Below are positions 37,692 through 46,925 of a stretch of DNA of 64,000 nucleotides, piece after piece (the first letter of the stretch is position 1; each line of letters begins with the position of its first letter). The stretch is from Planctomycetota bacterium (GTDB lineage Bacteria; Planctomycetota; UBA8742; UBA2392). The notes beneath the pieces were generated by a model. That model was not told where the DNA came from. It saw only the letters and a list, made by a program, of their open reading frames with translations, and made no database searches. The stretch is from contig JADLFN010000072.1 of the NCBI GenBank assembly GCA_020845475.1, positions 2,849 to 66,848 of the forward strand. Direction: 5' to 3'. The position numbers and the translations under genes were made by a program.

Positions 37692-38897
37692 TCAGCGCAC
37701 CAATGCTTCAAGGCCCGGCATCGAGCCGCCTTCAAGCAGCGTCAGCGAAGCGCCGCCACCCGTTGAAACGTGGCTCATCTTCTTCTCCATCTTGAACTGC
37801 TCGACGGCCGAGGCGCTGTCGCCGCCGCCCACCACCGAGTAAGCGCCCTTGGCTGTGGCGTCTGCAATGGCGTTGATCACTGCGCGGGTGCCATTTGAGA
37901 AGCGCTCCTTCTCGAACACCCCCACCGGGCCGTTGAACAGAATCGTCTTGGCGCGCGCGATCGCGTTCGAAAACGCCTTGGCCGTGTGGTCGCCGATGTC
38001 AAAAGCCGCCATGCCCTCGGGCACGTCGCCGCGCACCTGGTGCGCCGATTCGTCGTCCATGCTCTTGGCGCAGACATGGTCGCTCGGAAGGTGGATGACC
38101 ACGTCGAGTTCTTTGGCCTTGAGCAGCACGGCTTCGGCCGTTTTGAGCGAGCCTTCATCGAGCAGAGACTTGCCGATTTTCACGCCCTTGGCCTTGAGGA
38201 ACGTGTAAGCCATACCGCCGCCAATGCACACTTCATTCACGCGCGCGAGCAGGTTGTTCAGCAGCGGAAGCTTGTCCTTCACTTTCGCGCCGCCCACAAT
38301 TGCAAGCATGGGCTTTTGCGGCTTTTCAAGCACGCGCGCCATGGCCTCCACTTCCGCGCGCACAAGCTCGCCCGCGCACGACTTCAGCAGCTTCGCGGGC
38401 CAGGTCATGCTGGCGTCGCCGCGATGGCAGGTGCCAAAGGCATCGTTCACATAGAACTCAGCAAGCGTTGACAGGCCGCGCCCAAACGTCTCGTCGCCCA
38501 TTTGCTCCTCGGCGTGGAAACGCAGGTTCTCCATGAGCACCGCTCTGCCCGCGACAAGCTGCATGGCGTAGCCGCGCATTTGCTCGGCGCTGCCGTGGGA
38601 CCAGAGCTTGACCTCAAAGCCAAGCAACTCGCTAAGGCGCTTGGCCACGGGCTTGAGCGAGAATTCCTTTTCGACGCCCTTACCCTTGGGCCGGCCCAGG
38701 TGGCTCATGAGAATGACCTTGGCGCCCCTTTCGAGCAGCCATTTGATGGTGGGCAGCGAGCTTGTGATTCGCAAATCGCTGGTGATGTTGCCCGCGTCAT
38801 CAAGCGGCACATTGAAATCCGCACGCACCAGCACGCGCTGGCCCTTGATGTCACCCAGTTTTGCCAGAGTTGGAATCTTCGAGAGGTTGACGGCCAT
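37692..38897 (-). CDS. pgk: phosphoglycerate kinase
   Basis: RADFNVPLD...HLGRPKG motifs; start trimmed to MAVNLSK. Confidence 0.85.
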   Translation of the reverse strand: MAVNLSKIPTLAKLGDIKGQRVLVRADFNVPLDDAGNITSDLRITSSLPTIKWLLERGAKVILMSHLGRPKGKGVEKEFSLKPVAKRLSELLGFEVKLWSHGSAEQMRGYAMQLVAGRAVLMENLRFHAEEQMGDETFGRGLSTLAEFYVNDAFGTCHRGDASMTWPAKLLKSCAGELVRAEVEAMARVLEKPQKPMLAIVGGAKVKDKLPLLNNLLARVNEVCIGGGMAYTFLKAKGVKIGKSLLDEGSLKTAEAVLLKAKELDVVIHLPSDHVCAKSMDDESAHQVRGDVPEGMAAFDIGDHTAKAFSNAIARAKTILFNGPVGVFEKERFSNGTRAVINAIADATAKGAYSVVGGGDSASAVEQFKMEKKMSHVSTGGGASLTLLEGGSMPGLEALVR

Positions 38898-39001
38898 GGT
38901 GGTCTCCTTGCGAAGCACCAATTACCAATTACCAATTGCCAAATACCAATGAAAAAGCTGCGTGAGAGGCTGCTACAATCCGCCGGATCTATATCTGGGG
39001 A

Positions 39002-40183
39002 ATGACAATGCTCAATCGCACGATCGTTGCGCTTTCTATTCTGGCGGTGCTGGCGCTGGGCGCGAGTGCCGAAGACGCCAAGCGTGACTACGACGCAAAG
39101 ATTGAAGGCGACTCCGCCGAGAACGTGAAGATCAAGATCGTCGCCAACAAGCCCGCCGACCAGACCTCGGCAAGGGCGACGGTCGAAACCTACAACCGCC
39201 TGCTGGGTTTCATCGGCGACCTCTTTTTCTACGAGGAATACCGCGAATTCAAGGAGAAGGCCGAGGCCATTGGGGAAAAGGTTGAACGCAGGGTCTGCGG
39301 CACGATCATCACTGAGGCCTGTCTCGATGAGATGTCCTTGCTGAAGAAGAAGCAGGAAGCCGAGCGCAAAGAAAAGGAAGCCGCGGACATCAAAGACGGC
39401 ATGACGCCCCGCCGCCGCATCCCCGCGAAAGTGACGGCCGAGAAGACAGATGGCGCTCACACGGTGATCGAAGTCGAGGAGGGCAGCGAATACTCTATGA
39501 AGAACCGCGACGGCAAGTGGGAAACAAAGTCCACGATCAACCAGCTGCGCTTCTACTGCGCCGCCAAGGACGGTGTGTGGCAGATTGACCGCGCTGAGAA
39601 GTTTGCCACCGATTACAGCGGCAAACCCGACAAAGACGGCAGATACCCGCAGGTGTGGAAGGAAGAAAAGATCATGGCCGGCATGCTTGGCTTCTTTGCA
39701 AGGCATGCCAACCTGGCCCCAGTTGCACCCGAAATTGATACGCCCGAGAAGTTGGCCCGCGCGGCTATCACCTGGTTGGGTGAAGCACGCCGCGCATCCA
39801 CCGATGGCCTGGCCCAGAATCTCTATGGTCAGGTTCTCGACCTGTTCAAACCGCTGTTCAGCGAGCGCAACCTGAAAGACAGCATGGCGGAAGCCGAGAA
39901 GCAGGGCGCAGAAGAAGCCAAGCGCCGGGAGCAGGAAGCCAAAGAAGATGCCGAGCGCAAGATTACGATCAAGGAAGCCGAGGGCGGTTGGCAGGCAATC
40001 ATAGCCGCGCGCGGCAAGTGGAGCCCTGAGATCGTGCTGACGATTGCGAAGACCGACAAGGGCCTGCGCATTTCCAAGGCGGCGCTGCGCCGCATGGAAA
40101 CGAAATACGACGACAAGGGCAATGCGACGGAGACAGAGAAACTGGAGCCATTCAACTCGCCCAGCCAGTTCGACTGGAACTAG
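39002..40183 (+). CDS. secreted hypothetical protein (signal peptide, Lys/Glu-rich)
   Basis: MTMLNRTIVALSILAVLALGASA signal peptide. Confidence 0.5.
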   Translation: MTMLNRTIVALSILAVLALGASAEDAKRDYDAKIEGDSAENVKIKIVANKPADQTSARATVETYNRLLGFIGDLFFYEEYREFKEKAEAIGEKVERRVCGTIITEACLDEMSLLKKKQEAERKEKEAADIKDGMTPRRRIPAKVTAEKTDGAHTVIEVEEGSEYSMKNRDGKWETKSTINQLRFYCAAKDGVWQIDRAEKFATDYSGKPDKDGRYPQVWKEEKIMAGMLGFFARHANLAPVAPEIDTPEKLARAAITWLGEARRASTDGLAQNLYGQVLDLFKPLFSERNLKDSMAEAEKQGAEEAKRREQEAKEDAERKITIKEAEGGWQAIIAARGKWSPEIVLTIAKTDKGLRISKAALRRMETKYDDKGNATETEKLEPFNSPSQFDWN

Positions 40184-40200
40184 AGGTCCGTCCTTGAAGC

Positions 40201-40227
40201 GTAGGGGCGACGCATGCGTCGCCCTAC
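40201..40227. repeat. palindrome GTAGGGGCGACGCATGCGTCGCCCTAC (REP-like copy 3)
   Basis: between convergent gene ends. Confidence 0.75.
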
Positions 40228-40661
40228 CGGTTGAAGGTGGAGCTACCACCAACGAGGTCGGCCGTAACGATCAAATCGCGAGGCTCGCTGTCGTATACTC
40301 CGACGCATTTGGCTTTCCACTCGTTGTGCCGGCCGCCGAGCACGACGTAGTCAGCCGGTTGAAACTCTGAACCGGCCAACGCACCGCGCGGCATGTCGAG
40401 TTCCGCCATCGTCTGCGGAATTTTACCCGTGCGTTGATACACAACGCGGGCGCGGTCCTTCATCGCGCCCAGCGCCGCCCGGGCCTCGCTGGGGCGCGGC
40501 TCCTCTACACCGCTGGGCTGAATCGGCCAAAAGGCCATGAACCCGACCGCCGGCACAACCAAGCCGAGGATGAGCACTAACGGAATCCAGTCCGTCCACT
40601 TCACAACGTAAGCGGACCGAACTGTCGCGTGTACACCAGAAATCTGTTGTTCGTCCGCCAC
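40224..40661 (-). CDS. small bitopic membrane protein, pilin/pseudopilin-like paralog family (member 4)
   Basis: TM helix then conserved SEARAALGAMKDRARVVYQRTGK, C-terminal FNR; see findings. Confidence 0.6.
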   Translation of the reverse strand: MADEQQISGVHATVRSAYVVKWTDWIPLVLILGLVVPAVGFMAFWPIQPSGVEEPRPSEARAALGAMKDRARVVYQRTGKIPQTMAELDMPRGALAGSEFQPADYVVLGGRHNEWKAKCVGVYDSEPRDLIVTADLVGGSSTFNR

Positions 40662-40664
40662 CGC

Positions 40665-41093
40665 TCACCTATTGAACCGAGCCTCGCCTGTCTTGAGGTT
40701 GCATTCAAGCCGCAAATGACGCGGCTCTGCCGAATAGACATTGTGGCACTCCGCCCACCACGATTCCGGCGTGCCGCCGCAGGAGTAGTCGTTGTTCTTG
40801 AAGTATGTGCCGTCAAGTTCCGTTGCACCAAGCCCCAGGTCTTCCTTGCGGATTTCGGTCAGTTCGGGTCGTCGCTGACAGATGACGCGTGCGCGATCCT
40901 TCATGGCGCCCAGAGCGGATCTCGCTTCACTCGCATTGGGCGGGTCACCATTCTGGATCAGCGGAACTTGGCTGAGGACAACCACTCCAATCACCAGTAC
41001 CAACACAAACGCAATCGCCAGGTACTCGAGGCAGCTCGCAATCCTGCTCAGGATCGTTCTGGGGGCAGCAACAGTGTTCGCAGGCGCGGTCAT
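40665..41093 (-). CDS. small bitopic membrane protein, pilin/pseudopilin-like paralog family (member 3)
   Basis: TM helix, SEARSALGAMKDRARVICQRRPELTEI, C-terminal Cys pairs, ends ARFNR. Confidence 0.6.
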   Translation of the reverse strand: MTAPANTVAAPRTILSRIASCLEYLAIAFVLVLVIGVVVLSQVPLIQNGDPPNASEARSALGAMKDRARVICQRRPELTEIRKEDLGLGATELDGTYFKNNDYSCGGTPESWWAECHNVYSAEPRHLRLECNLKTGEARFNR

Positions 41094-41096
41094 GGC

Positions 41097-41573
41097 TTAC
41101 CTGTTGAACGACGCCGATCCCTGAACCAGGTTTGCCTCGATACGCAAATAGCGCGGCTCGGATTCATAGACGTTGTCGCACTGGGCCCACCATTTTTCCG
41201 GCGTGCCGCCGCAGGTGAAGTTCTCGCTGCTGAAGTAACTCCCGCTTAGCTCAATCTTGCCCATGCCGAGATCATCAAACGAGATCTCCTTCAGGGTCGG
41301 GTTTTTCTGGTACACAACCCGTGCACGGTCCTTCATTGCCCCCAGTGCGGCGCGAGCTTCTGCAGCTCTGACCTCGTCGCTCGGATGCCGCAATTGGTAC
41401 TCTTTGTAGGCAAAGCCAAGGCCCCAAAGCACGAGGAACAAGCCTACGGCAATCAACGCCAGCTTCCCCGGCCCGCCGATGGTGCGGTGCCAACCCGCCC
41501 CGCCGGCGCGACCACCATCTTGCGAGGCATCGGCATTCAATCGGGCAGGCTGTGTTGTCGACTTCGGTTCCAT
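41097..41573 (-). CDS. small bitopic membrane protein, pilin/pseudopilin-like paralog family (member 2)
   Basis: TM helix, AEARAALGAMKDRARVVYQKNPTLKEI, CGGTPEKWWAQCDNVY, ends ASFNR. Confidence 0.6.
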   Translation of the reverse strand: MEPKSTTQPARLNADASQDGGRAGGAGWHRTIGGPGKLALIAVGLFLVLWGLGFAYKEYQLRHPSDEVRAAEARAALGAMKDRARVVYQKNPTLKEISFDDLGMGKIELSGSYFSSENFTCGGTPEKWWAQCDNVYESEPRYLRIEANLVQGSASFNR

Positions 41574-41576
41574 GGG

Positions 41577-42191
41577 TCACCTATTGAAGCTCGTTCTGCC
41601 GGTAGCCAGATCGGCCGTCACAATCAGTTCCCTGGGCGAGGCCGAATACACACTGCTGCAGTGGGCCGTCCAACGCTCGGGGCTGGCGTTCGTGATGCGA
41701 TAGTGGCTTGCGTCGAAGTAGCTTCCGCGCAACTCCACATCGGTCAAACCCAGTTCCTTAAGCGTCGCGGGCGCTTTGCCGGTGCGCTGATAAACCACGC
41801 GCGCGCGATCTTTCATGGCGCCCAAAGCCGCGCGCGCTTCGCTGCTTCTGGCCTCGCCGCCGCTCGACGACCGAAGCGGAATCGCCGCAAGAGTGAGCAA
41901 CCCCAGCAGCAAGAGCACAAAAACCCACTGCAACGGAGTGCCGCCCAGCAAGCGCCCAACGAAACGACCCAAACGTCGCGCGGAGGGGACATGGACGACA
42001 TACCCATCAAATAGCGGTGGCGCGGCTTCGGCCCCGGGCTGCAAGCGGCTTCCCGCCCAGCGATAGGGCACCCCTCCCCGTGGTTTCCGCGCCACCGCCA
42101 TGCCGCGCGCCTTGCCGTACTTCATCCGCGCGGCCAGTTGATCGATCCAAATCAGATCCGTATCGCTGCGCATGCCGCCCCCAGAGCCCAT
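41577..42191 (-). CDS. small bitopic membrane protein, pilin/pseudopilin-like paralog family (member 1)
   Basis: TM helix, SEARAALGAMKDRARVVYQRTGKAPATLKEL, ends TSFNR; true start may be internal. Confidence 0.55.
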   Translation of the reverse strand: MGSGGGMRSDTDLIWIDQLAARMKYGKARGMAVARKPRGGVPYRWAGSRLQPGAEAAPPLFDGYVVHVPSARRLGRFVGRLLGGTPLQWVFVLLLLGLLTLAAIPLRSSSGGEARSSEARAALGAMKDRARVVYQRTGKAPATLKELGLTDVELRGSYFDASHYRITNASPERWTAHCSSVYSASPRELIVTADLATGRTSFNR

Positions 42192-42299
42192 TCCGGCACG
42201 TCATAATCATGTCATGCGTCCGTCATGTCCATAACATACCCCTTGGGCCGACGCCCGTCAAACGACTGCGCACGAAATTCCGCAAAGTAGGCTCGCGAC

Positions 42300-42905
42300 A
42301 TGAAGCGGCGCCTGAAACTGATTCGAGCAGCGTGCATGGTGTTGGCACTCTGCTTCGCGGCGTCAACATTGGCGCTCGTCAGCATGGGTGCGGACGAAAG
42401 CGAAGGTGCAAAAGCCGACTGCATTTTCGTTCCCGGCATGGCTGTGTACGGCGAACGCAAGCCAGGGGTTGGGCTGCAAGCACGCCTCGAACGCGCGCTT
42501 GAACTATGGAAAGAGAAGCGCGCACCGCTGATCGTTGTCAGCGGAGGCAACAAAGGCAATTTCAACGAAAGCGAAGTGATGGTCGAGTGGCTGCGCGATC
42601 ACGGCGTGCCAGGCGACGCCATCATCGCCGAGTCGCGCTCACGCTCCACACGCGAGAACGCAATCTACAGTGCGCCATTGATGCACCAGCGCGGCATCAA
42701 GCGTGCGCTGATCGTCAGCCAGAACATGCACCTGCCGCGCGTGCAAATCTGCCTGCACGACGAAGGCATCGAAACGATCAACGCCCCATCCAAAGGCACG
42801 CCATCATTCGACGTCGTCATCCCGTTCGCGCGCGAAGCGTTGTTGATGCCGCTGCACGCAGTGAGAGCGGATCGCCCGTTCGTAGCTGTAGCCTCCGGCC
42901 ATTGA
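42300..42905 (+). CDS. DUF218/YdcF-SanA family protein
   Basis: signal/TM then ...LIVVSGGNKGNFNESEVM... typical DUF218 core. Confidence 0.65.
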   Translation: MKRRLKLIRAACMVLALCFAASTLALVSMGADESEGAKADCIFVPGMAVYGERKPGVGLQARLERALELWKEKRAPLIVVSGGNKGNFNESEVMVEWLRDHGVPGDAIIAESRSRSTRENAIYSAPLMHQRGIKRALIVSQNMHLPRVQICLHDEGIETINAPSKGTPSFDVVIPFAREALLMPLHAVRADRPFVAVASGH

Positions 42906-42919
42906 ATCTGCGACGCATC

Positions 42920-43666
42920 CTAGAGATCGAACTCAAGTCCAAGCGTCGCATGGTGGCCCGCAATGCGCCCTGTGCCGATGTACCAGTAGCCAACGACAAT
43001 TCCTACGGGCAGGAACGGGCGACCAATGGACAGCTTCGCACGAAGTTCGAAACCAGTTTTGGATCCGGTCGCAAATGGAATGTTAAGTGCCGCGCCGCCC
43101 TCGACGTGAACGATGAAGGCTCCCGCACCAGCCCACGCTTCAAGCCGCAAAGCGTCGAGCGTGGAAGCCGCGTCACGTCTGGCCGCGCGCTCAGTTGCGT
43201 CAGCATGGATCCAACCTGCCGCAGCGCCAGCCGACCATGAACCAACGTCCAACCGCCACCAGGGGTATTGATCCGCCCGTCGCGTCGAGAATGGCACATA
43301 TGTGCCTCGGTTGAATTCACCTCCAAAAGTGTAGCAGGCCATGACGCCGTAGCGGCGCGGGTTTGGACTGATGCTCCAGCCCTGCTCAAAAAACGCAGAA
43401 CCGCCGAGCGCGTGGCGCGAATCAGCGCCCGTCGAGCAAGACAGCCGGCTCCAAGGCACCCGAAACATCGCCTGTCCAAACGTCCATGCAACCCGGCTCG
43501 AAAACCGAAAGCTGGCATCGAAGTCCAGCAGCACCGGCGGGCCATCGCTGGATGAAATCGAACGGTCGGCGAATCGCCGGCTTGGGGACTCAGCTTCGGC
43601 AGCTCCTAATGCAGCGGCCGCACTGAGGAACAAAAGTATCGACAGGAGTTGCCAGCTAAAAGCCAT
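42920..43666 (-). CDS. secreted protein, probable outer-membrane beta-barrel (ends ...LGLEFDL)
   Basis: signal peptide; alternating hydrophobic pattern; C-terminal aromatic-x-hydrophobic. Confidence 0.45.
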   Translation of the reverse strand: MAFSWQLLSILLFLSAAAALGAAEAESPSRRFADRSISSSDGPPVLLDFDASFRFSSRVAWTFGQAMFRVPWSRLSCSTGADSRHALGGSAFFEQGWSISPNPRRYGVMACYTFGGEFNRGTYVPFSTRRADQYPWWRLDVGSWSAGAAAGWIHADATERAARRDAASTLDALRLEAWAGAGAFIVHVEGGAALNIPFATGSKTGFELRAKLSIGRPFLPVGIVVGYWYIGTGRIAGHHATLGLEFDL

Positions 43667-43671
43667 AGTGG

Positions 43672-44289
43672 CTACTCCGCGTCAAACAACTCCTTGACGT
43701 TCACCGCAAAACCCGGGAGCAGCTTTGAAATGGCGACATCGCCGCGCTTGCTGGTGCAATGCTCGACGTACTTCTTGCCCTTGAGCGCGAGCACGGTAAC
43801 CGTGCCCCTTTCGAAATCAGCGATCCAGTACTCGGAAATGCCTGCCGCGGCGTATTCTTCGCGCTTCGTTTCCAGATCCCGTTCTTCTCCGCCGGCGCTG
43901 ACGGCTTCGAATGCCAGGTCTGCGCCTTGCCATGCATCGTTGTGCCTCTTCGCGCCATTCTCACGCTTCAGAAACACAACATCCGGCAAGCGGATTGCAC
44001 CGGGCCGCGTTCGCACTCGCAGTCCCTCAAAGTGCACAATTCCAAGCTTGTAATTCGACACAAACAAGTTGAGTGCCAGAAAAAAGAACTTGGTAATCGC
44101 CTGGTGTTTTTCAGTCGGCATGGGAAGGAACTCCAGGCATCCGTCAACAAATTCTACGCCAACCTTGAAATCACGGCGCAGAAACTGGCCCTCAGTCCAG
44201 CAGCCCTGCAACGGGTACTCTATCTCGGCAAGCTCCCATACAGGCTCGCCGCGTTTGCTTCGATTGCGATAGTCAGTGGTTCCGGCCAT
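43672..44289 (-). CDS. Uma2-family (DUF820) putative restriction endonuclease-like protein
   Basis: EYWIADFE... motif and length typical of Uma2 family. Confidence 0.65.
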   Translation of the reverse strand: MAGTTDYRNRSKRGEPVWELAEIEYPLQGCWTEGQFLRRDFKVGVEFVDGCLEFLPMPTEKHQAITKFFFLALNLFVSNYKLGIVHFEGLRVRTRPGAIRLPDVVFLKRENGAKRHNDAWQGADLAFEAVSAGGEERDLETKREEYAAAGISEYWIADFERGTVTVLALKGKKYVEHCTSKRGDVAISKLLPGFAVNVKELFDAE

Positions 44290-44312
44290 GCCGCCATTCT
44301 ACGCGGCTTTGC

Positions 44313-45494
44313 CTACCTGTCCACCTCGCCCATCACGATGTCGATGGAGCCGATGATGGCGACGAGGTCTGCGACGAGCGCGCCCTTGGACATGTGATCC
44401 AAAATCGAGATGTTGCAGTAGGCGGGGCTGCGCACTTTGCAGCGGACGGGCTTGGGGCCTTTGCCGTCGCTGATGATGTGGAATCCAAGTTCGCCGCGCG
44501 GGTTCTCCACGGCAAGATAGACCTCGCCGGCGGGCGCCTTGAAGCCGAGCTGCTGCTTGGCGATCTTGGCGTCGTTGACGGGCAGATTGTCGGGATTGTC
44601 GGCACCGCCGGGCAAATCTTTGATCGCCTGGCGGATGATCTTGACGCTTTCGAGCATCTCCCAGACGCGAACGTAATAGCGGTTCCAGCAGTCGCCGATC
44701 ACGCCCTCTTCACCCTTGGCCGTGATCACGTTGAAACTGAACCTGTCGTAAATCGAGTAAGGGTTGTCGCGGCGCAAATCGCGGTCGATGCCGCTGCCGC
44801 GCAGCACGGGGCCTGTGAGCCCCCAGGCAATCGCCATCTCGGGCGGAATCACGCCCACGCCGCATGTGCGCTCAAGGAACACGCCGTTGCCGGTGAGCAG
44901 CTCGTTGTACTCGGGAACTTTCTTCTCGAACCAATCGAGGAAGTTGAGAATCTTCGGGATCAGGTAGGGCGGGAAGTCGCGCTTCACGCCGCCGATCGAG
45001 ATGTAGTGGTAATTCAGGCGCTGCCCGCACATATCCTCAAGCAGGCGCAAAATCATCTCGCGCTCGCGGAAGCAGTGCAAAAATGGCGTGATCGCGCCGA
45101 CGTCCAGGCCGTAAGTGCCCACACTCATCAGGTGCGATGCGATGCGGCTCAATTCCGCCGCGATGATGCGCAGATACTGGCCGCGCTCGGGCACGGCTTC
45201 TCGTACGCCGGCAAGTTCCTCCACGGCGAGACAGTAGCCGAGATTGTTGCACATGGCCGCAAGGTAATCCATGCGGTCGGTGTAGGGCACGTACTGGATG
45301 TATGTGACGTTCTCGGCGATTTTTTCGGCGCAACGATGCAAAAAGCCGCAATGGCTTTCGCTTGAGAGCACCATTTCACCGTCGGTGCGGATGATGACCT
45401 TGAAAACGCCGTGCGTAGAAGGGTGCTGCGGGCCCATGTTGAGCAGCAGCTCTTCGGTCTTGATGTCCGCCGGAAGATTTTTCGTACCAGCCAT
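44313..45494 (-). CDS. nuoD: NADH-quinone oxidoreductase subunit D (49 kDa / NuoD family)
   Basis: ELLLNMGPQHPSTHGVFKV N-terminus and full-length NuoD similarity; not in a nuo operon here. Confidence 0.8.
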   Translation of the reverse strand: MAGTKNLPADIKTEELLLNMGPQHPSTHGVFKVIIRTDGEMVLSSESHCGFLHRCAEKIAENVTYIQYVPYTDRMDYLAAMCNNLGYCLAVEELAGVREAVPERGQYLRIIAAELSRIASHLMSVGTYGLDVGAITPFLHCFREREMILRLLEDMCGQRLNYHYISIGGVKRDFPPYLIPKILNFLDWFEKKVPEYNELLTGNGVFLERTCGVGVIPPEMAIAWGLTGPVLRGSGIDRDLRRDNPYSIYDRFSFNVITAKGEEGVIGDCWNRYYVRVWEMLESVKIIRQAIKDLPGGADNPDNLPVNDAKIAKQQLGFKAPAGEVYLAVENPRGELGFHIISDGKGPKPVRCKVRSPAYCNISILDHMSKGALVADLVAIIGSIDIVMGEVDR

Positions 45495-45574
45495 TCAAAT
45501 TCCTCGCGCGGCGGACGATAGCAAGGAAGCCGCGCGGCTTCCAGAGCGTGCAAGAACGGAGCACGTCGATTCCG

Positions 45575-46831
45575 TTACTTACCTCGCATAACCTCAGAGC
45601 GGAGCTTCCTCAGCAGAAATGACCAATTCGCGTGATCCACCTGGAGTTGCCTGCGCCCCGGATCTGCCCGCCCGTAGTCTGTCTGGGTCACGCGCACGAC
45701 CGCGTCCTCGCCCTCGGCGCGAAAACTGAGGGTAGTGCGGCCCGCCAGCAGGCCATCGGGCGCAACGTTCCACCTGCCGACGAATTCAATTTCGTTGGGG
45801 CCTGTCCCCTGTTTACGAACACCTTCGAATCGGAGAGGCGCTGGTTCGAACTCGGCGTTCAGTCCATCGTTTTCCAAGATTACGGGCCCTTCGTCATCGG
45901 GCGACAGGCTGGATTTTGCCCCCAGCCATTTCGCGAGCAGGCTGGCATCGTCCCAGAACTTACGAGCTCTATCAACTGACGTTGATTTGAGCGTAATTTC
46001 GAGCGTCATATAGTATCCACTGTCATTCGCAGGGCGTACGCCGAACGAATAGAGAAACGGATCATTGCTCGGTCGTTCACATCGCAGCCATTTCTCTTGT
46101 CCCTTGAGGTATTGCACCGGCCCAATCGTCGGTGAAATCCAGATCGTCTCTCTGGCGCTCTCCTGACCCACTGCGGCAATCTCGATTCGCCAGCAGCTAC
46201 GTGTCGTGCCGAAAACCTCGACCGCCGCTTGCTCTTCGCAAATAGCGCGAATTCGACCTGCATCCGTGAAGCCCTGGGTTTCGTCGAACAGGCGCCGCGT
46301 CCAGCTGACTCCGGACTCATGAGGTACGCCCGTGGCGGCGAACGGAAACAACTGGCTGATGCAATCGTCGCTCCAAGCGAGGTTCACAACTCCCATGCGC
46401 CCGCTATTGTCGCGCGCCTCAAACTTTGGTGATGACCCGGTGCCGTCAAAGTGAGAAACCAACTCTCCGTCCTTTGCGTATGTGGCACGCTCCATTTTCA
46501 GCATGGGGTCCATTCGCAGGCGCTGAAACGTGCGAATCTCGACACCAGCGGATCGGCGAAAGACCTCAAGTGTGATCTTCCGAATGTCCATGCTCAGGCG
46601 CGCAAAGCCGCGGCCGGCCCGTTCCGTTGGGTCGGTGATCCTAAACCAGCAAACACCAACAGGGAAATCACGGAACTCTTCAACGCGTAATTCTCGCAAG
46701 GGCTTTGGCGCCGGTGCACTGTTTGCCGGATGTTCAACACAGGGAGAAGGCAGTTCGGCTGGCCGTGTTCCGCCTTCGCTTACGCAGGCAGCCAGAAGCA
46801 GCACCAGTATCATCACAACGCAGCCACGCAT
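45575..46831 (-). CDS. putative lipoprotein, hypothetical
   Basis: MILVLLLAACVSEG lipobox-like signal. Confidence 0.5.
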   Translation of the reverse strand: MRGCVVMILVLLLAACVSEGGTRPAELPSPCVEHPANSAPAPKPLRELRVEEFRDFPVGVCWFRITDPTERAGRGFARLSMDIRKITLEVFRRSAGVEIRTFQRLRMDPMLKMERATYAKDGELVSHFDGTGSSPKFEARDNSGRMGVVNLAWSDDCISQLFPFAATGVPHESGVSWTRRLFDETQGFTDAGRIRAICEEQAAVEVFGTTRSCWRIEIAAVGQESARETIWISPTIGPVQYLKGQEKWLRCERPSNDPFLYSFGVRPANDSGYYMTLEITLKSTSVDRARKFWDDASLLAKWLGAKSSLSPDDEGPVILENDGLNAEFEPAPLRFEGVRKQGTGPNEIEFVGRWNVAPDGLLAGRTTLSFRAEGEDAVVRVTQTDYGRADPGRRQLQVDHANWSFLLRKLRSEVMRGK

Positions 46832-46925
46832 CTCGACATCTTACTAGGTCTGAGCAGCCACCAGCGCAGACAAACCCTGCTCGACTCTTGCGTTCGTTCA
46901 AGCTAGAACAAAGCGAGGAGCACTC

